Below are positions 43,631 through 54,245 of a stretch of 64,000 nt of DNA, piece by piece (within the stretch, counting starts at the first letter, position 1; each line of letters begins with the position of its first letter). The DNA lies in contig CAWAOD010000010.1 in the NCBI GenBank assembly GCA_963783575.1, positions 168,807 to 232,806 of the forward strand. Reading direction: 5' to 3'. The translations under genes were made by a program, and so were the position numbers. The notes under the pieces are model-generated. The model was not told the DNA's origin. It saw only the letters and a list, made by a program, of their open reading frames with translations, and did not search any database. The DNA is from an uncultured Spirochaetota bacterium (GTDB lineage Bacteria; Spirochaetota; Brevinematia; Brevinematales; JAOACQ01).

Positions 43631-45529
43631 CTACCTGCCTTTCAGGTATATCATCATAATTTGAATGGCGGCGGGTCTGACGCCTGAAATTCTTGAAGCC
43701 TGGCCCAGGTTAACCGGTTTAACAGTGCCGAGTTTTTCCATTTCTTCCTTCTTTAAACCGGAAAGGGAATTATAATCCATATCAGAAGGAATTTTAATAT
43801 GTTCAAGTTTCTTAAAACTATTTACAAGATTTTTTTCTTCAGAAATATATCCCTCATATTTTACCTCAATTTCTACTTCCTCCATCACCTGATTTAATAA
43901 ATTTCTGTCTTTTATTAACTTAATTTTTTTTGAGGGGAAAAATCGATCAATATCAAGATAGCTTACTTCAGGCCTTCGAAGTATTTCAAGTAATTTATAC
44001 GGCCTGTTTATTTCGGAAGTTCCCATTTTATGGAGAAGACTTTGCGACTCCTCTGTAGGTGTGATGTTTAAACTGGTCAATCTTTCCAATTCTTCATTTA
44101 TTAATCTCTCTTTTTCGGCAGTTTTCCGGTATAGATTTTCAGGTAGAAGCCCAAGTTCATAGCCTTTTTTCGACAGTCTCCTGTCCGCATTATCTTCCCT
44201 TAGGATCAATCTGTACTCAACCCTCGATGTAAACATACGATATGGCTCATTTGTACCCTTTGTCGTTAAATCATCAATCAAGACTCCGATATAACCGTCG
44301 CTTCTGTCAATTATAAATTCCGACCTGCCCAATGAATTATTGGCGGCATTGATACCGGCTATAAGCCCCTGCGCCCCGGCTTCCTCATAACCGGTGGTCC
44401 CATTTATCTGGCCGGCCATAAACAGGTTCTTAACCTTTTTTGCCTCAAGTGTCGGAAGTAATTCCATAGGATCGACATAATCATGCTCAATGGCATATGC
44501 CGGCCTGGTCATAACCGCTTTTTCCAGGCCCGGTACGCTGCGGATAATATCAAGCTGAATATCTACAGGGAATCCATTTGATAATCCATTGGGATAATAT
44601 TCAATAGTTTCCCTGCCTTCAGGCTCAATAAAAACATGGTGGCGCTCACGGTCCGGGAACTTCATAACTTTATCTTCCACAGATGGACAGTAACGTACAC
44701 CGGTTGCCTTAATTTTACCGGAATACATCGGGGCCAGATTTATATTATTTCGAATGATCTCATGCGTTTTTGCCGATGTATAGGTTAAAAAGCAGGGCAT
44801 TTGATCAATATGTGTAAAGCCTTCATCCGGATCGGTCCAAAAAGAAAATGGTTTAATTGGTATATCGCCGTTCTGCACTTCCATAGACTTAAAATCAATA
44901 GTCCTTTTGTCCAAGCGAGCCGGTGTTCCGGTCTTGAAGCGGCCTGTTTTAAAACCAAGTTTTTTAAGAGTGTCGGAAAGCTTGACTGAAGGCATCTCAC
45001 CCATTCTTCCTGCCGGATAAGTTTCACCTCCGATATGTATTATGCCGTTCAGGAAAGTTCCCGGAGTAATAACCACGCAAACAGAATGATAAAATACATT
45101 AAATGCCGTTATGATACCGATAATTTTCCCATTCTCAACAATTATGTCTTCGGCCATGTCCTGCTTAACATCCAGGTTTTGCTGATTTTGAACCGTATTC
45201 TGCATATAAATCCTGTATAATGATTTATCTGCCTGCGCCCTGGAAGAACGCACCGCTGGTCCTTTACGTGTGTTAAGAGTCCTGAATTGAACCCCGGTTT
45301 TATCTATTGCTCTTCCCATCTCGCCGCCTAAAGCATCGATCTCTTTGACAAGCTGGCCCTTTCCAATACCACCGATTGAAGGATTGCAAGGCATCTGCCC
45401 GATAAGATCAGGATTAGATGATAAAAGCAGGGTTTTTGCCCCAATTCTGGCGGATGCAAGACTTGCCTCAATCCCCGCATGACCTCCTCCTATTACAATA
45501 ACATCATATTTAAACGGGTATTCTGTCAT
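43631..45529 (-). CDS. mnmG: tRNA uridine-34 carboxymethylaminomethyl modification enzyme
   Basis: [50 protein letters not shown] before ATG 45529. Confidence 0.97.
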   Translation of the reverse strand: MTEYPFKYDVIVIGGGHAGIEASLASARIGAKTLLLSSNPDLIGQMPCNPSIGGIGKGQLVKEIDALGGEMGRAIDKTGVQFRTLNTRKGPAVRSSRAQADKSLYRIYMQNTVQNQQNLDVKQDMAEDIIVENGKIIGIITAFNVFYHSVCVVITPGTFLNGIIHIGGETYPAGRMGEMPSVKLSDTLKKLGFKTGRFKTGTPARLDKRTIDFKSMEVQNGDIPIKPFSFWTDPDEGFTHIDQMPCFLTYTSAKTHEIIRNNINLAPMYSGKIKATGVRYCPSVEDKVMKFPDRERHHVFIEPEGRETIEYYPNGLSNGFPVDIQLDIIRSVPGLEKAVMTRPAYAIEHDYVDPMELLPTLEAKKVKNLFMAGQINGTTGYEEAGAQGLIAGINAANNSLGRSEFIIDRSDGYIGVLIDDLTTKGTNEPYRMFTSRVEYRLILREDNADRRLSKKGYELGLLPENLYRKTAEKERLINEELERLTSLNITPTEESQSLLHKMGTSEINRPYKLLEILRRPEVSYLDIDRFFPSKKIKLIKDRNLLNQVMEEVEIEVKYEGYISEEKNLVNSFKKLEHIKIPSDMDYNSLSGLKKEEMEKLGTVKPVNLGQASRISGVRPAAIQIMMIYLKGR

Positions 45530-45731
45530 CTGAAACTTCTCCGAAATATGCCGGGTAATTTTATATATTGATTCCGGTATATAACCTGTTATTATAAGGA
45601 AAAAGAACGGATTATACAAAAAAGAGAGGATTTTCTCTATAAATAATCATTATCAAAGTCATAATTTTATTTTTTTGGATATTAGCATTATAATATATAT
45701 TCGATCAAAATAATAGATCCGGAGGTTTAAG

Positions 45732-45929
45732 TTGAAAACAGGAAAACGGCTATTGATTATTTTATTGATACAAACCGGTTTATCTTTTGTTATTGCGGCT
45801 TTATTTGTAATTTTTTACTTCAGGATTTTTCCTCAGAAAATGGAACTGGTTTTTCCTGGTTCTCTTGCTCTTGGAATAATCTTCGGCCTGCTGTTCTATC
45901 TTCCAATTAAATATTTTTTAGAAAAATAA
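45732..45929 (+). CDS. Small two-TM membrane protein
   Basis: GGAGG RBS before TTG; two hydrophobic helices. Confidence 0.7.
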   Translation: MKTGKRLLIILLIQTGLSFVIAALFVIFYFRIFPQKMELVFPGSLALGIIFGLLFYLPIKYFLEK

Positions 45930-45945
45930 TCATCAGGAGAAATAA

Positions 45946-48006
45946 ATGAAAATTTTGAGGATAATTTCATATATAATTTTAAGCATATTGGTAATTATAC
46001 TGCTACTGGGAAATATTTTTTATCTGCAGGCTCGAAAGTTTATAGATAAAACCAATGTTATGATAGAATTGAACGAGGAGGAAATTTCCCGGTTTAATAA
46101 ACAGAAAAATCCTGATTATAACCTTGCGATTTATACCGATAAAAATGTTTATAATAAATATGAAAAAATAAAGATTTTTGCACAAATAATCAATAAAAAA
46201 AACGGAAGCATTCCTGAAAATTCGGTTATCGAGGCAGAATTTTATAATAATGGAAATAAATTAAGCGGTCTGAACGGATCGGAGCGTATTAAGCTTATTT
46301 ATAATAAAGATAATAAAATTTGGGCCGGTTTCTGGTATCCTCAGAATCAGGATTTATCCGGGAACATAGATGTCAATGCATCCGGATACCCCGATAAACC
46401 GGAAGCTCCCATAATTGCCAAAACCAGTTTTTATATAACAGAAGTAACTCCAAAATTTACACTGAATAAGGGTATGGCCTTTATGGGCATCGATTCCCTT
46501 GAAAGAATTTCCAAAAGAAATATTTTATCTGCGGATAGTAAGGAAGTTGACTGGAATTATATTCCCGAGTGGCTGAATTTTATTTCGGCAGATGGTATCC
46601 TGATGCTTGGCGGAATAACAAAAACTTTTCAGGAAGATATTACTCTTGACTCCCCATGGGACAATGATAAAATTAATGAATCGATTATTCTGGCTGAGAA
46701 ACTTAAACAAAAATCGAAAAGTATCGGCATATGGATGAGAACGCTCAAAGTAGAGGGTATTTATGCAAAAAAAATGGGGTATAGACCCGCTTTAAGTATC
46801 AAAGATGATAAGTATGTAGAAGATAACTCAACAATTTCAATACTTGATGAAAACAGGAAAAAAAGTATATCCAAGCTTTTTACATCGTTTATGGATAATG
46901 ATAATATTTCCTATGTCGGTATTTCAGATATGTTTCTTCCGCCTGAAAGCGGTATCGAACTGCTGGATAAGTTCGTTCAGGAATTTCAGATAAACGTTCC
47001 CGATGATTGGTCTGATATGGATTTTGACAGCAAATTCGATTATTTTGCCGGAAAAATTGCTGACAAGCAAATGTTTCAAAACTTTGTAACCTGGAAGCAA
47101 TATGTAATTACGGAATATATTAAAGATATAATTAATAATTCCGGGCATAAAAAACCTATTTTTTACTATATGGATTATAAAGATGCAATTGATAATCCTG
47201 ATTTGATCTCGATTGTTTTTAATTCCGGAATTGACTTTGTTGTATTGGTTTTTAATACAAGTTATGATAATATTATGGAAAGTCTTGACAGGATAAGTAA
47301 TATTAATAAAATATCAAAATATTATAACCGGCTGGTTGTTTCATATTATATCGATTATCAAAACATTGATATGAAAGACTTTGAAATCAGTGCCATCGAT
47401 AACTATGTAAATGCAAACCTTCAATTAACAAAATTCGGTTCGTTAACGCTTAATGCAAACGGTATAATGATCAATGACTTATACAAGGCCATGTTCGGTA
47501 AAAGAGGGCCATATTCTCCATATGAGTGGATGCTGGGAATCGGAGAAACTATTTACCGCTTCAAAGATATGAATAAAGTTTTACCGGTAAATGTTGATTT
47601 TAGTGCACCGGAAAATGTAAATTATGGTGAAGAATTTCCTATTAAGATAAAACTAATAAATACTTCCGCAAAACCAATTGGAAACTTTAAAATTGATGTT
47701 CTTCCAATTCATGGAAAAAGTGTACAAAAAAATTCGACCATCAGTATCCTCCCTCCCGGTAAAGAAACCTCTTTAGAAATACCGCTTCAAATAGAGACAA
47801 ATTCATCACAATTTATCAGGAAAAAAAGCTTTATCGGAATTAGAATTTCCTGGACTGAAAATAAAGATTCTGCAACATCAACACAGGGCGGGTATGTACT
47901 TTTCAGGGCAATTAACCTGAATCAGGAAATAGCGGGAATAAATTCTTCTACTAATACGGTTAGCAACAGAACTTCAGGAAAAACAAATTCAAAATTAAAC
48001 AAATAA
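45946..48006 (+). CDS. Membrane-anchored hypothetical protein (Ig-like, possible GH-like barrel, CARDB-like domain)
   Basis: AGGAG RBS; N-terminal TM; IYTDKNVY (MG2-like start); IKLINTS..I....LPPGKE (CARDB-like). Confidence 0.6.
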   Translation: MKILRIISYIILSILVIILLLGNIFYLQARKFIDKTNVMIELNEEEISRFNKQKNPDYNLAIYTDKNVYNKYEKIKIFAQIINKKNGSIPENSVIEAEFYNNGNKLSGLNGSERIKLIYNKDNKIWAGFWYPQNQDLSGNIDVNASGYPDKPEAPIIAKTSFYITEVTPKFTLNKGMAFMGIDSLERISKRNILSADSKEVDWNYIPEWLNFISADGILMLGGITKTFQEDITLDSPWDNDKINESIILAEKLKQKSKSIGIWMRTLKVEGIYAKKMGYRPALSIKDDKYVEDNSTISILDENRKKSISKLFTSFMDNDNISYVGISDMFLPPESGIELLDKFVQEFQINVPDDWSDMDFDSKFDYFAGKIADKQMFQNFVTWKQYVITEYIKDIINNSGHKKPIFYYMDYKDAIDNPDLISIVFNSGIDFVVLVFNTSYDNIMESLDRISNINKISKYYNRLVVSYYIDYQNIDMKDFEISAIDNYVNANLQLTKFGSLTLNANGIMINDLYKAMFGKRGPYSPYEWMLGIGETIYRFKDMNKVLPVNVDFSAPENVNYGEEFPIKIKLINTSAKPIGNFKIDVLPIHGKSVQKNSTISILPPGKETSLEIPLQIETNSSQFIRKKSFIGIRISWTENKDSATSTQGGYVLFRAINLNQEIAGINSSTNTVSNRTSGKTNSKLNK

Positions 48007-48063
48007 TTGATGAAGTTCAAAAATCTGGTCAAGAGAGCTATGTTAAATAAATCTGCACTGCCC

Positions 48064-48705
48064 TCAAGTAATAATCTTTTCTGAAAGCTTTCTTACCATT
48101 CCAGCAATATCATCTTCCCCTATAATCCCGCTAATCAGAGCAATTGTTCTGGCTCCCCTATTTAAGACTTCAGAAATATTATTTTCCTTAATGCCGCCGA
48201 TTGCAACAAAAGGCAAAGGAATATTTTTGACCACATAATCAAGGTATTCCAGACCGACGGGATCGCATACATCTTTCTTCGTGTTGGTACGGTAAATAGG
48301 CCCCACTCCAATGTAATCAGCCCCTTCTTTTAAAGCGGCCATTGCCTGAATTGGAGAACTTGTAGACAATCCAATTATCCTGTTCCCGATAAGCTTCCTG
48401 ACTTCATTTATCGGAATGTCATCCTGGCCAATATGAACACCGTCTGCATCAGTCAGCATTGCAATATCAATAAAATCATTTACAATAAACATAACCCCGG
48501 CATCTTTAGTCATTTTACGGATTTCCTTACATTCCAGGAATTTCTCTCGAATTGTTTTTTCTTCTTTTTCCCGGTATTGTATAATCTTGATTCCTCCTCT
48601 AATCAATTCACCGGCGACAAAAATACTTTTTCTGCCTTTTGAAAAACTTTCTGTAATAATACCATAGATGCCACCAGGTAAAACACTACTTCTTTTCAAA
48701 TCCAT
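48064..48705 (-). CDS. thiE: Thiamine-phosphate synthase
   Basis: IQYREK, IVND, GVHIGQDD, GADYIGVGPI..TNTK, VAIGGI; likely start at ATG 48705. Confidence 0.95.
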   Translation of the reverse strand: MDLKRSSVLPGGIYGIITESFSKGRKSIFVAGELIRGGIKIIQYREKEEKTIREKFLECKEIRKMTKDAGVMFIVNDFIDIAMLTDADGVHIGQDDIPINEVRKLIGNRIIGLSTSSPIQAMAALKEGADYIGVGPIYRTNTKKDVCDPVGLEYLDYVVKNIPLPFVAIGGIKENNISEVLNRGARTIALISGIIGEDDIAGMVRKLSEKIIT

Positions 48706-48862
48706 TGAGCTATCCTTATAATTAATGTTCAATTCGATATCTTTTATTTCCAAGTTGTCATTTTTCATAATATTAACGACTGTTAAAAACTCCATTAATT
48801 CCAGCCATTAATATTCTTATAATTTTTTATTTTATAAGCAACATACCTAATTTTAAATATCT

Positions 48863-49408
48863 TTATTTTCTTTTATAATCATCACAAAAGAATTCGTTAT
48901 ATTTACCCAGAATACCGCCGATTAAAATAAATAAATTCTCAATATCCTCAGGAGTAACAGGATAATCGTTAAAAGCCTTGTCTTTATTCATGAAATATTT
49001 TCTGTCAATATGAGCATAATATTTATCGCGCAAACCCAGGATATTTTTAACAGCTTTATGCATAATTTTTAGCGATGCTTTATCGTCATTTATAAATTTA
49101 TTTACAATCTCCGGTTCGATTTTCCTGAAAATTCTAGGATGATTTCCAACAAAACCCAGATATTTTTCAATTCCCTTTGAATCGGGATGTTCATCGATCA
49201 ACCTGAATAAATGCATTAAAGCCGAATCAAAATGGGCTTTTTTTGTAAGGTATTGCTCATCAATATTATTTATTTCACCTGATTTGTTATTCTCCAATTC
49301 TTTCCATATAATAAAATGTCTCATCCCAATCCGGCATTCATCAGAAAGTGTTTTTGAAATCCCTTTGAAATATGTCTTTGAATCCAAATTTAACCCCTTT
49401 CTTAACAA
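48863..49408 (-). CDS. HEPN domain protein, AbiU2-like
   Basis: DSALMHLFRLID and Rx4H motif RDKYYAH. Confidence 0.6.
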   Translation of the reverse strand: MLRKGLNLDSKTYFKGISKTLSDECRIGMRHFIIWKELENNKSGEINNIDEQYLTKKAHFDSALMHLFRLIDEHPDSKGIEKYLGFVGNHPRIFRKIEPEIVNKFINDDKASLKIMHKAVKNILGLRDKYYAHIDRKYFMNKDKAFNDYPVTPEDIENLFILIGGILGKYNEFFCDDYKRK

Positions 49409-49702
49409 TGAATTATTTATCTTGAACTAGATTTTGATGATTATTTCGGCACAGTGCTGCTGCAAAAAACAAATATTATTATAATATCAAATTTATCCGG
49501 ACTCAACTATTCATTAAAAAGTCTTTAGAGGGCATGCAGAGAAATTAAGGTAATTTCAAGTTAAAGCTTATCTTAATCACCTGTAAAATCAATAAGATTG
49601 ACTTATTAATTTATTGTTAAATATTATTAATACTATTAATACAATATTATAACAATAATTTACAAATAAATTTGATTATGGAATATAAAAGAGGAGATTA
49701 TT

Positions 49703-51223
49703 ATGGTAACAAAGCTTTCATCCATTTCATATTACGGACTTCAAACAATTCCAATAGAGATTGAAGTTGACATACAAACTAAGGTTTATGAATTTGAAAT
49801 AGTAGGTATGGCAGATGTTTCGGTAAAGGAATCGGTTAAAAGAATTGAAACTGCAATTCAGAATTCCGGTTATCATTTTCCGGGAAAAAGGATTATTGTA
49901 AATTTAGCCCCGGCAGGGATAAGAAAAGTCGGGGCGCTATTTGACCTGCCAATTGCTATTGGTATAATGAATGAAGCCTTTGAATTTCAAAACCTCAATG
50001 AATATATTATTGTCGGAGAATTATCACTTGACGGACAAATTCGTTCAATTCCAGGGGCTTTACCAATTGCTCACAAATCTGAGAAGTTAGGGTTTAAAAA
50101 AATTCTCTGCCCGGGAAAAAATGCCGAAGAAATGGCTCTGGTCAAAGGATTGGATGTAATTCCGGTTTCATCTATTAAGGAAGTTGTCGAATATTTTAAT
50201 GGTGAAAATTTAATATCTCCATTTTGTCAAACAAAAATAAACAATGATAATTTTCAGTCTACTCAGAACCTATTGGATATGTCGGATATTAAAGGGCAGG
50301 AATCGGCAAAAAGAGCGCTTGAGATAAGCGCGGCTGGGGGGCATAACGCTCTTATGATCGGACCGCCCGGGACAGGTAAAACAATGCTTGCAAAACGTAT
50401 CCCGACAATTTTGCCAAAAATGACGGTTGAGGAGGCGCTTGAAACTACTATGATTTACAGTGTGGCAGGTATGGTCGATCCAAAGAAACCTTTATTGACT
50501 GAAAGACCGTTCCGTACTCCCCATCATACCGCATCAGATATCTCAATTATCGGTGGTGGCAAATTTCCAAAACCGGGAGAAGTTAGTCTGGCTCATAACG
50601 GAGTTCTATTTCTTGATGAAATCCAACTCTTCAGAAGTAATGTTCTTCAGGTTTTAAGACAGCCCCTGGAGGAAGAAAAAATAACAATCTCCAGGGCTGA
50701 AGGTTCTGTTGAATTTCCTGCCAACTTTATGCTTATAGCAGCTCTCAACCCTTCCAAAAGAAATATCGACATAAATCAATGGGATGTAAAGGAGATGAAA
50801 ACTGTTTTGAATAAATTATCAGGCCCTCTCCTTGACAGAATTGACATCCAGATTCAGGTTTCAAGAATTAAATACGATCAGATAAACTCAAAGATCAGGC
50901 AGGAGTCTTCGGAAGAAATCCGTAACCGGGTAGAAAAAGCTAAACATATCCAATACAAAAGATTTGAAAATCAAAAAATATATAGTAATTCGCAGATGAA
51001 CCATAAACAAGTCGAAGCATATTGTTGTCTTACTTCTGGCGGAAACAGCCTTTTAAAACTCGCTATGGAAAAATTTATTCTAAGCATTAGGGTATATGAT
51101 AAATTATTGAAAATATCAAGAACAATTGCCGATCTTGACGGAGAGAAGCAAATTCAAGACTATCATATCAGTGAAGCTTTACAATACAGAGTTCTTGACA
51201 GAGTGCTGAATTTTATAAATTGA
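49703..51223 (+). CDS. comM: YifB/ComM Mg-chelatase-like AAA+ ATPase
   Basis: VNLAPAG, GELSLDG, GPPGTGKT, RPFRTPHH, LAHNGVLFLDE, SGPLLDRID, RTIADL. Confidence 0.95.
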   Translation: MVTKLSSISYYGLQTIPIEIEVDIQTKVYEFEIVGMADVSVKESVKRIETAIQNSGYHFPGKRIIVNLAPAGIRKVGALFDLPIAIGIMNEAFEFQNLNEYIIVGELSLDGQIRSIPGALPIAHKSEKLGFKKILCPGKNAEEMALVKGLDVIPVSSIKEVVEYFNGENLISPFCQTKINNDNFQSTQNLLDMSDIKGQESAKRALEISAAGGHNALMIGPPGTGKTMLAKRIPTILPKMTVEEALETTMIYSVAGMVDPKKPLLTERPFRTPHHTASDISIIGGGKFPKPGEVSLAHNGVLFLDEIQLFRSNVLQVLRQPLEEEKITISRAEGSVEFPANFMLIAALNPSKRNIDINQWDVKEMKTVLNKLSGPLLDRIDIQIQVSRIKYDQINSKIRQESSEEIRNRVEKAKHIQYKRFENQKIYSNSQMNHKQVEAYCCLTSGGNSLLKLAMEKFILSIRVYDKLLKISRTIADLDGEKQIQDYHISEALQYRVLDRVLNFIN

Positions 51224-51324
51224 TTTTAATAAACTAAATTGAGAACTTCTTATATTAACCTTAGTTTATTATTTCTCTAATTTCTATTGATTATAGAAGT
51301 TAAAAGCATAAAGTTTTAAAGTGA

Positions 51325-51369
51325 TTCGGTGAGCCCATTCGATTCCTCAGGGCAGGCTCTGTCAAACCA
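51325..51369. repeat. Degenerate REP-like palindrome related to 21345-21371
   Basis: Reverse complement AGCCTGCCCTGAGGAATCGAATGG resembles AGCCTTGTCCTGAGCTTGACGAAGGG. Confidence 0.4.
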
Positions 51370-51483
51370 TTCAATAAAAAACTTATCAAATGTTTCTTTT
51401 AACTTTACACTTTATAATGCAACAAAATATAGGCTTGCTAATTTTTAAATATAAACATTTATTAGAATCTCACTTTAGGTTAT

Positions 51484-53191
51484 CCTAAACTGAGCGATTC
51501 TTAACTATCCATAAAAATAAAACCATGCTAAAATAAAATGGGGTAAGGAAATGGTTACAGCCATCCTTACCCCGGAATAACACCCATTGGGTGCAAAAGC
51601 AGGTAAATTATGACTGAAAAAAATAAAAATCGCAAAATTCAGGGAAATGAGATTCAAAAAATCGGCATAACGAAAGATTGTCTTACCAGCCGCGGCGGGC
51701 TTACGTTTGTCCTGAGATATCTCAAGAATATTAAAGTTATTCCCCTGATCAGCGAAGTATTTCAGGGAATTCGCAAGAGCCGCAAAGGTAAAGATATAGA
51801 AAAAATTATTTCTCAATTGATGCTGTTTTTCATAGATGGAAGCAAATTTACCATGACCCGGTTTGATGAATTGGCAAATGATATCGGGCACAGAAAGGCC
51901 ATTGAATGCAGCAAAGACAATATGTGCTCATCCCATGTGATAAAGAGATTTTTTCAGTGGTAAAAAAGACAATGTTTAAAGAGCTTCAAAAGATTCTAAT
52001 TAAGCTTTTTGTCTGGCGTCTCAAGATAAAGAACCCGAAAGTTATTATTCTCGGACTTGATACGATGGTACTGAATAATGATGACGCTAAAAAGCGAAAC
52101 GGCGTGACTTATACCTACAAAAAGGTTAACGGGTATCATCCGCTGCATATGTATTGGAATGGTTTTATCGTGAACCTGGCGTTCCACGAAGGAAGCGAAT
52201 CCCCGAATCACGGTGACGATCTGTTTACAATGCTGGAAGAAACAGTGAAGGAAATCCGGAAATGCTATGACAAAGAGGTGCCGATTATCGTTGTGTCTGA
52301 TAGCGGGTTTTTTGACCAAAAGTATTTTAAGAAGCTGGAAGACCTGAAACTGTTCTTTATATGCGGCGGGAGAATACTGGATTCAATCAAACTCGATTTG
52401 ATGAAGCGATTGCCGGAAGAATGGAGAAGGTTTGAGAAAAAAGGAGATGTAATTGAATACCTGGACTTTCGGGACAGACGGGATAGCTGGGAAAAGGGAT
52501 ACCGTGCCATTTATACCAAATATGAATGTGAAGACGGGGTTTTCAGATTAGCGTTCGACAGGCCTGAAAATATTATTTATACAAATCTTGAAGAAGCGGA
52601 AGTATTGAAAGAAAAGGGGCTTGTGAAATATATGACGGCAGAGGAAATAGTGAGGCTCTATCATCTGAGGGCAAAAGATGAACTGGTGAACCGTGGAATA
52701 AAAGAATTCGTGGATGAAACACTGCCGTTTAAGAGTTTTGTATCAAACGGTGTATATTATTTTTTATCGATAATAGCGTATAATCTGCTGTCGGCTTATC
52801 AGGCGGATATGGATATACCGGAAATACCAGTGGAAAGTTATCCGGATACGGTCAGGCGAATATTTATTGATATTGCGGGAAAGATTGTTAAAACAGGCGG
52901 GCGGGCTATTTTAAAATTCAGGGAAGAAGTAGTTGACAGGTTTAAATTGTTAGATTTGTGGGAGAAATGCGGAACGGTTACCCCGATTTAAAGATGCGCT
53001 CTGTTTTCATGGATTAATAAGGGGGTATTGCGCCAAAAATTGAAAATATCTCAGAGATTGATGATTTTAGTGCTTTCAAACGCATAAATTCGGCAAATTA
53101 ACCGGTGACAAAAAAATATATCCAAATTTTTATAAATTTTGGCTTTTATAAACCTGTTTTTGGTATTTATTAAAAAATCGCTCAGTTTGGG
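51484..53191 (+). mobile_element. IS1380-family insertion sequence, 1708 bp
   Basis: IRL CCTAAACTGAGCGATT / IRR AATCGCTCAGTTTGGG (15/16 match); 5-bp direct repeat GTTAT at 51479-51483 and 53192-53196. Confidence 0.88.
51610..52991 (+). CDS. IS1380-family DDE transposase, frameshifted at a T6 run near 51950
   Basis: LTSRGGL, LGLDT, YKKVNGYHPL, DSGF, YHLRAKDE; two overlapping ORFs. Confidence 0.85.
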
Positions 53192-53212
53192 GTTATAATA
53201 AATATGATTAAC

Positions 53213-53241
53213 TTGACTTAAACTATACTTTTCATTAAAAT
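53213..53241 (+). promoter_or_regulatory. sigma70-type promoter of the tRNA
   Basis: TTGACT-N17-TAAAAT. Confidence 0.6.
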
Positions 53242-53254
53242 ACATGTACTTTTA

Positions 53255-53328
53255 GGGCCCATAGCTCAGTCGGTTAGAGCAACTGACTCATAATCAGTGG
53301 GTCCCTGGTTCGATCCCAGGTGGGCCCA
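53255..53328 (+). tRNA. tRNA with CAT anticodon, most likely tRNA-Ile2 (lysidine); CCA not encoded
   Basis: Cloverleaf GGGCCCA/TGGGCCC, D-arm TAGCTCAGTCGGTTAGAGC, loop CTCATAA, T-loop GGTTCGATCC; lacks the initiator C1:A72 mismatch and the GGG/CCC anticodon stem. Confidence 0.9.
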
Positions 53329-53338
53329 CATAAATGTA

Positions 53339-53435
53339 GATAAGCGGGAAGCCGGATTGCTGTCAGCACTTCGAGAATGTTTGAGATAGACTCATTAATT
53401 ACGAGGAATTGTTTTAATCAAGCGGCACGCTTGTT
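53339..53435 (+). ncRNA. Candidate ~97-nt rod-like structured RNA (unassigned)
   Basis: Nested helices TAAGCG/CGCTTG, GCCG/CGGC, GATT/AATC, CTTCG/CGAGG, AATG/CATT. Confidence 0.4.
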
Positions 53436-53449
53436 AAAAAGGAGATAAT

Positions 53450-54202
53450 ATGGAAAATATAGAAAGAATCGAAAAACTTGTTGATTTTCAGAATCTTTAC
53501 AATAGAGAAAAAGAGATACGAAATCTTTACATTGAAGAAGAGAAAAAACTTGAAAAAGTAAAATTAGAGAATGAATCTTTGGATTCTGTTAATAACGATA
53601 TGTCAATTAATATTGAGGAAATGAATAAAAAGATCACCGAAGAGCTAATAAAAAGAGATGAGATCAACAGGCGTATTACAAGTCTAAATGATGGTAAAGA
53701 TAAAATTAAGATTGCAAGGCAGATAAAATCCTGGGAAAAAGAAATGGAAAAACAACAGCAGGAACTCAGCCTTATACAAGCTCAGATCGATTATGACACA
53801 TCCAAACAGGTCGAAATGGATAATGAATTGGATAAAATCAAGGCAAAGATTGATGAAAACAATAATAAAATATCCGAACTGAATAATCATATAAATTCCA
53901 TTATGGAACAACATAAAAAGGAATTGGATGATATTGAAAATAAGAAAAAACAAATACGGATAGATTTCGATATACAATTTATTGAGTATTTTGAATCTCT
54001 TTTAAAGAAAACAAAAGGTACTGCAATTGTTGAGGTTGATCAGGATGCCTGTGCCGGATGTTACACGATTCTCCCGACAGTACTTCAGGGTGAACTTGGA
54101 GAAGAACTAGCCAAGGAAAACATTGAATTATACCAGTGTCCTCATTGCTTCCGCTATCTCTTTTATCAGGTTTGGCTGGATAAAAGAAATAATGCCGCAT
54201 AG
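53450..54202 (+). CDS. Coiled-coil protein with a C4 zinc ribbon (DUF164/CT398-like)
   Basis: Long coiled coil, then ACAGCY...QCPHCFRYL. Confidence 0.88.
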   Translation: MENIERIEKLVDFQNLYNREKEIRNLYIEEEKKLEKVKLENESLDSVNNDMSINIEEMNKKITEELIKRDEINRRITSLNDGKDKIKIARQIKSWEKEMEKQQQELSLIQAQIDYDTSKQVEMDNELDKIKAKIDENNNKISELNNHINSIMEQHKKELDDIENKKKQIRIDFDIQFIEYFESLLKKTKGTAIVEVDQDACAGCYTILPTVLQGELGEELAKENIELYQCPHCFRYLFYQVWLDKRNNAA

Positions 54203-54245
54203 ATTATCCCATAATAATAACTATTGATACAAACCATTTCATTTA

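Noticed and set aside
45637..45656. Fur-box-like ATAATCATTATC
   Set aside because: About 14/19 match in very AT-rich DNA, and the flanking genes are not iron-related.
48706..48862. TPP riboswitch upstream of thiE
   Set aside because: No GCTGAGA or CTGAT core motifs; the region is very AT-rich.
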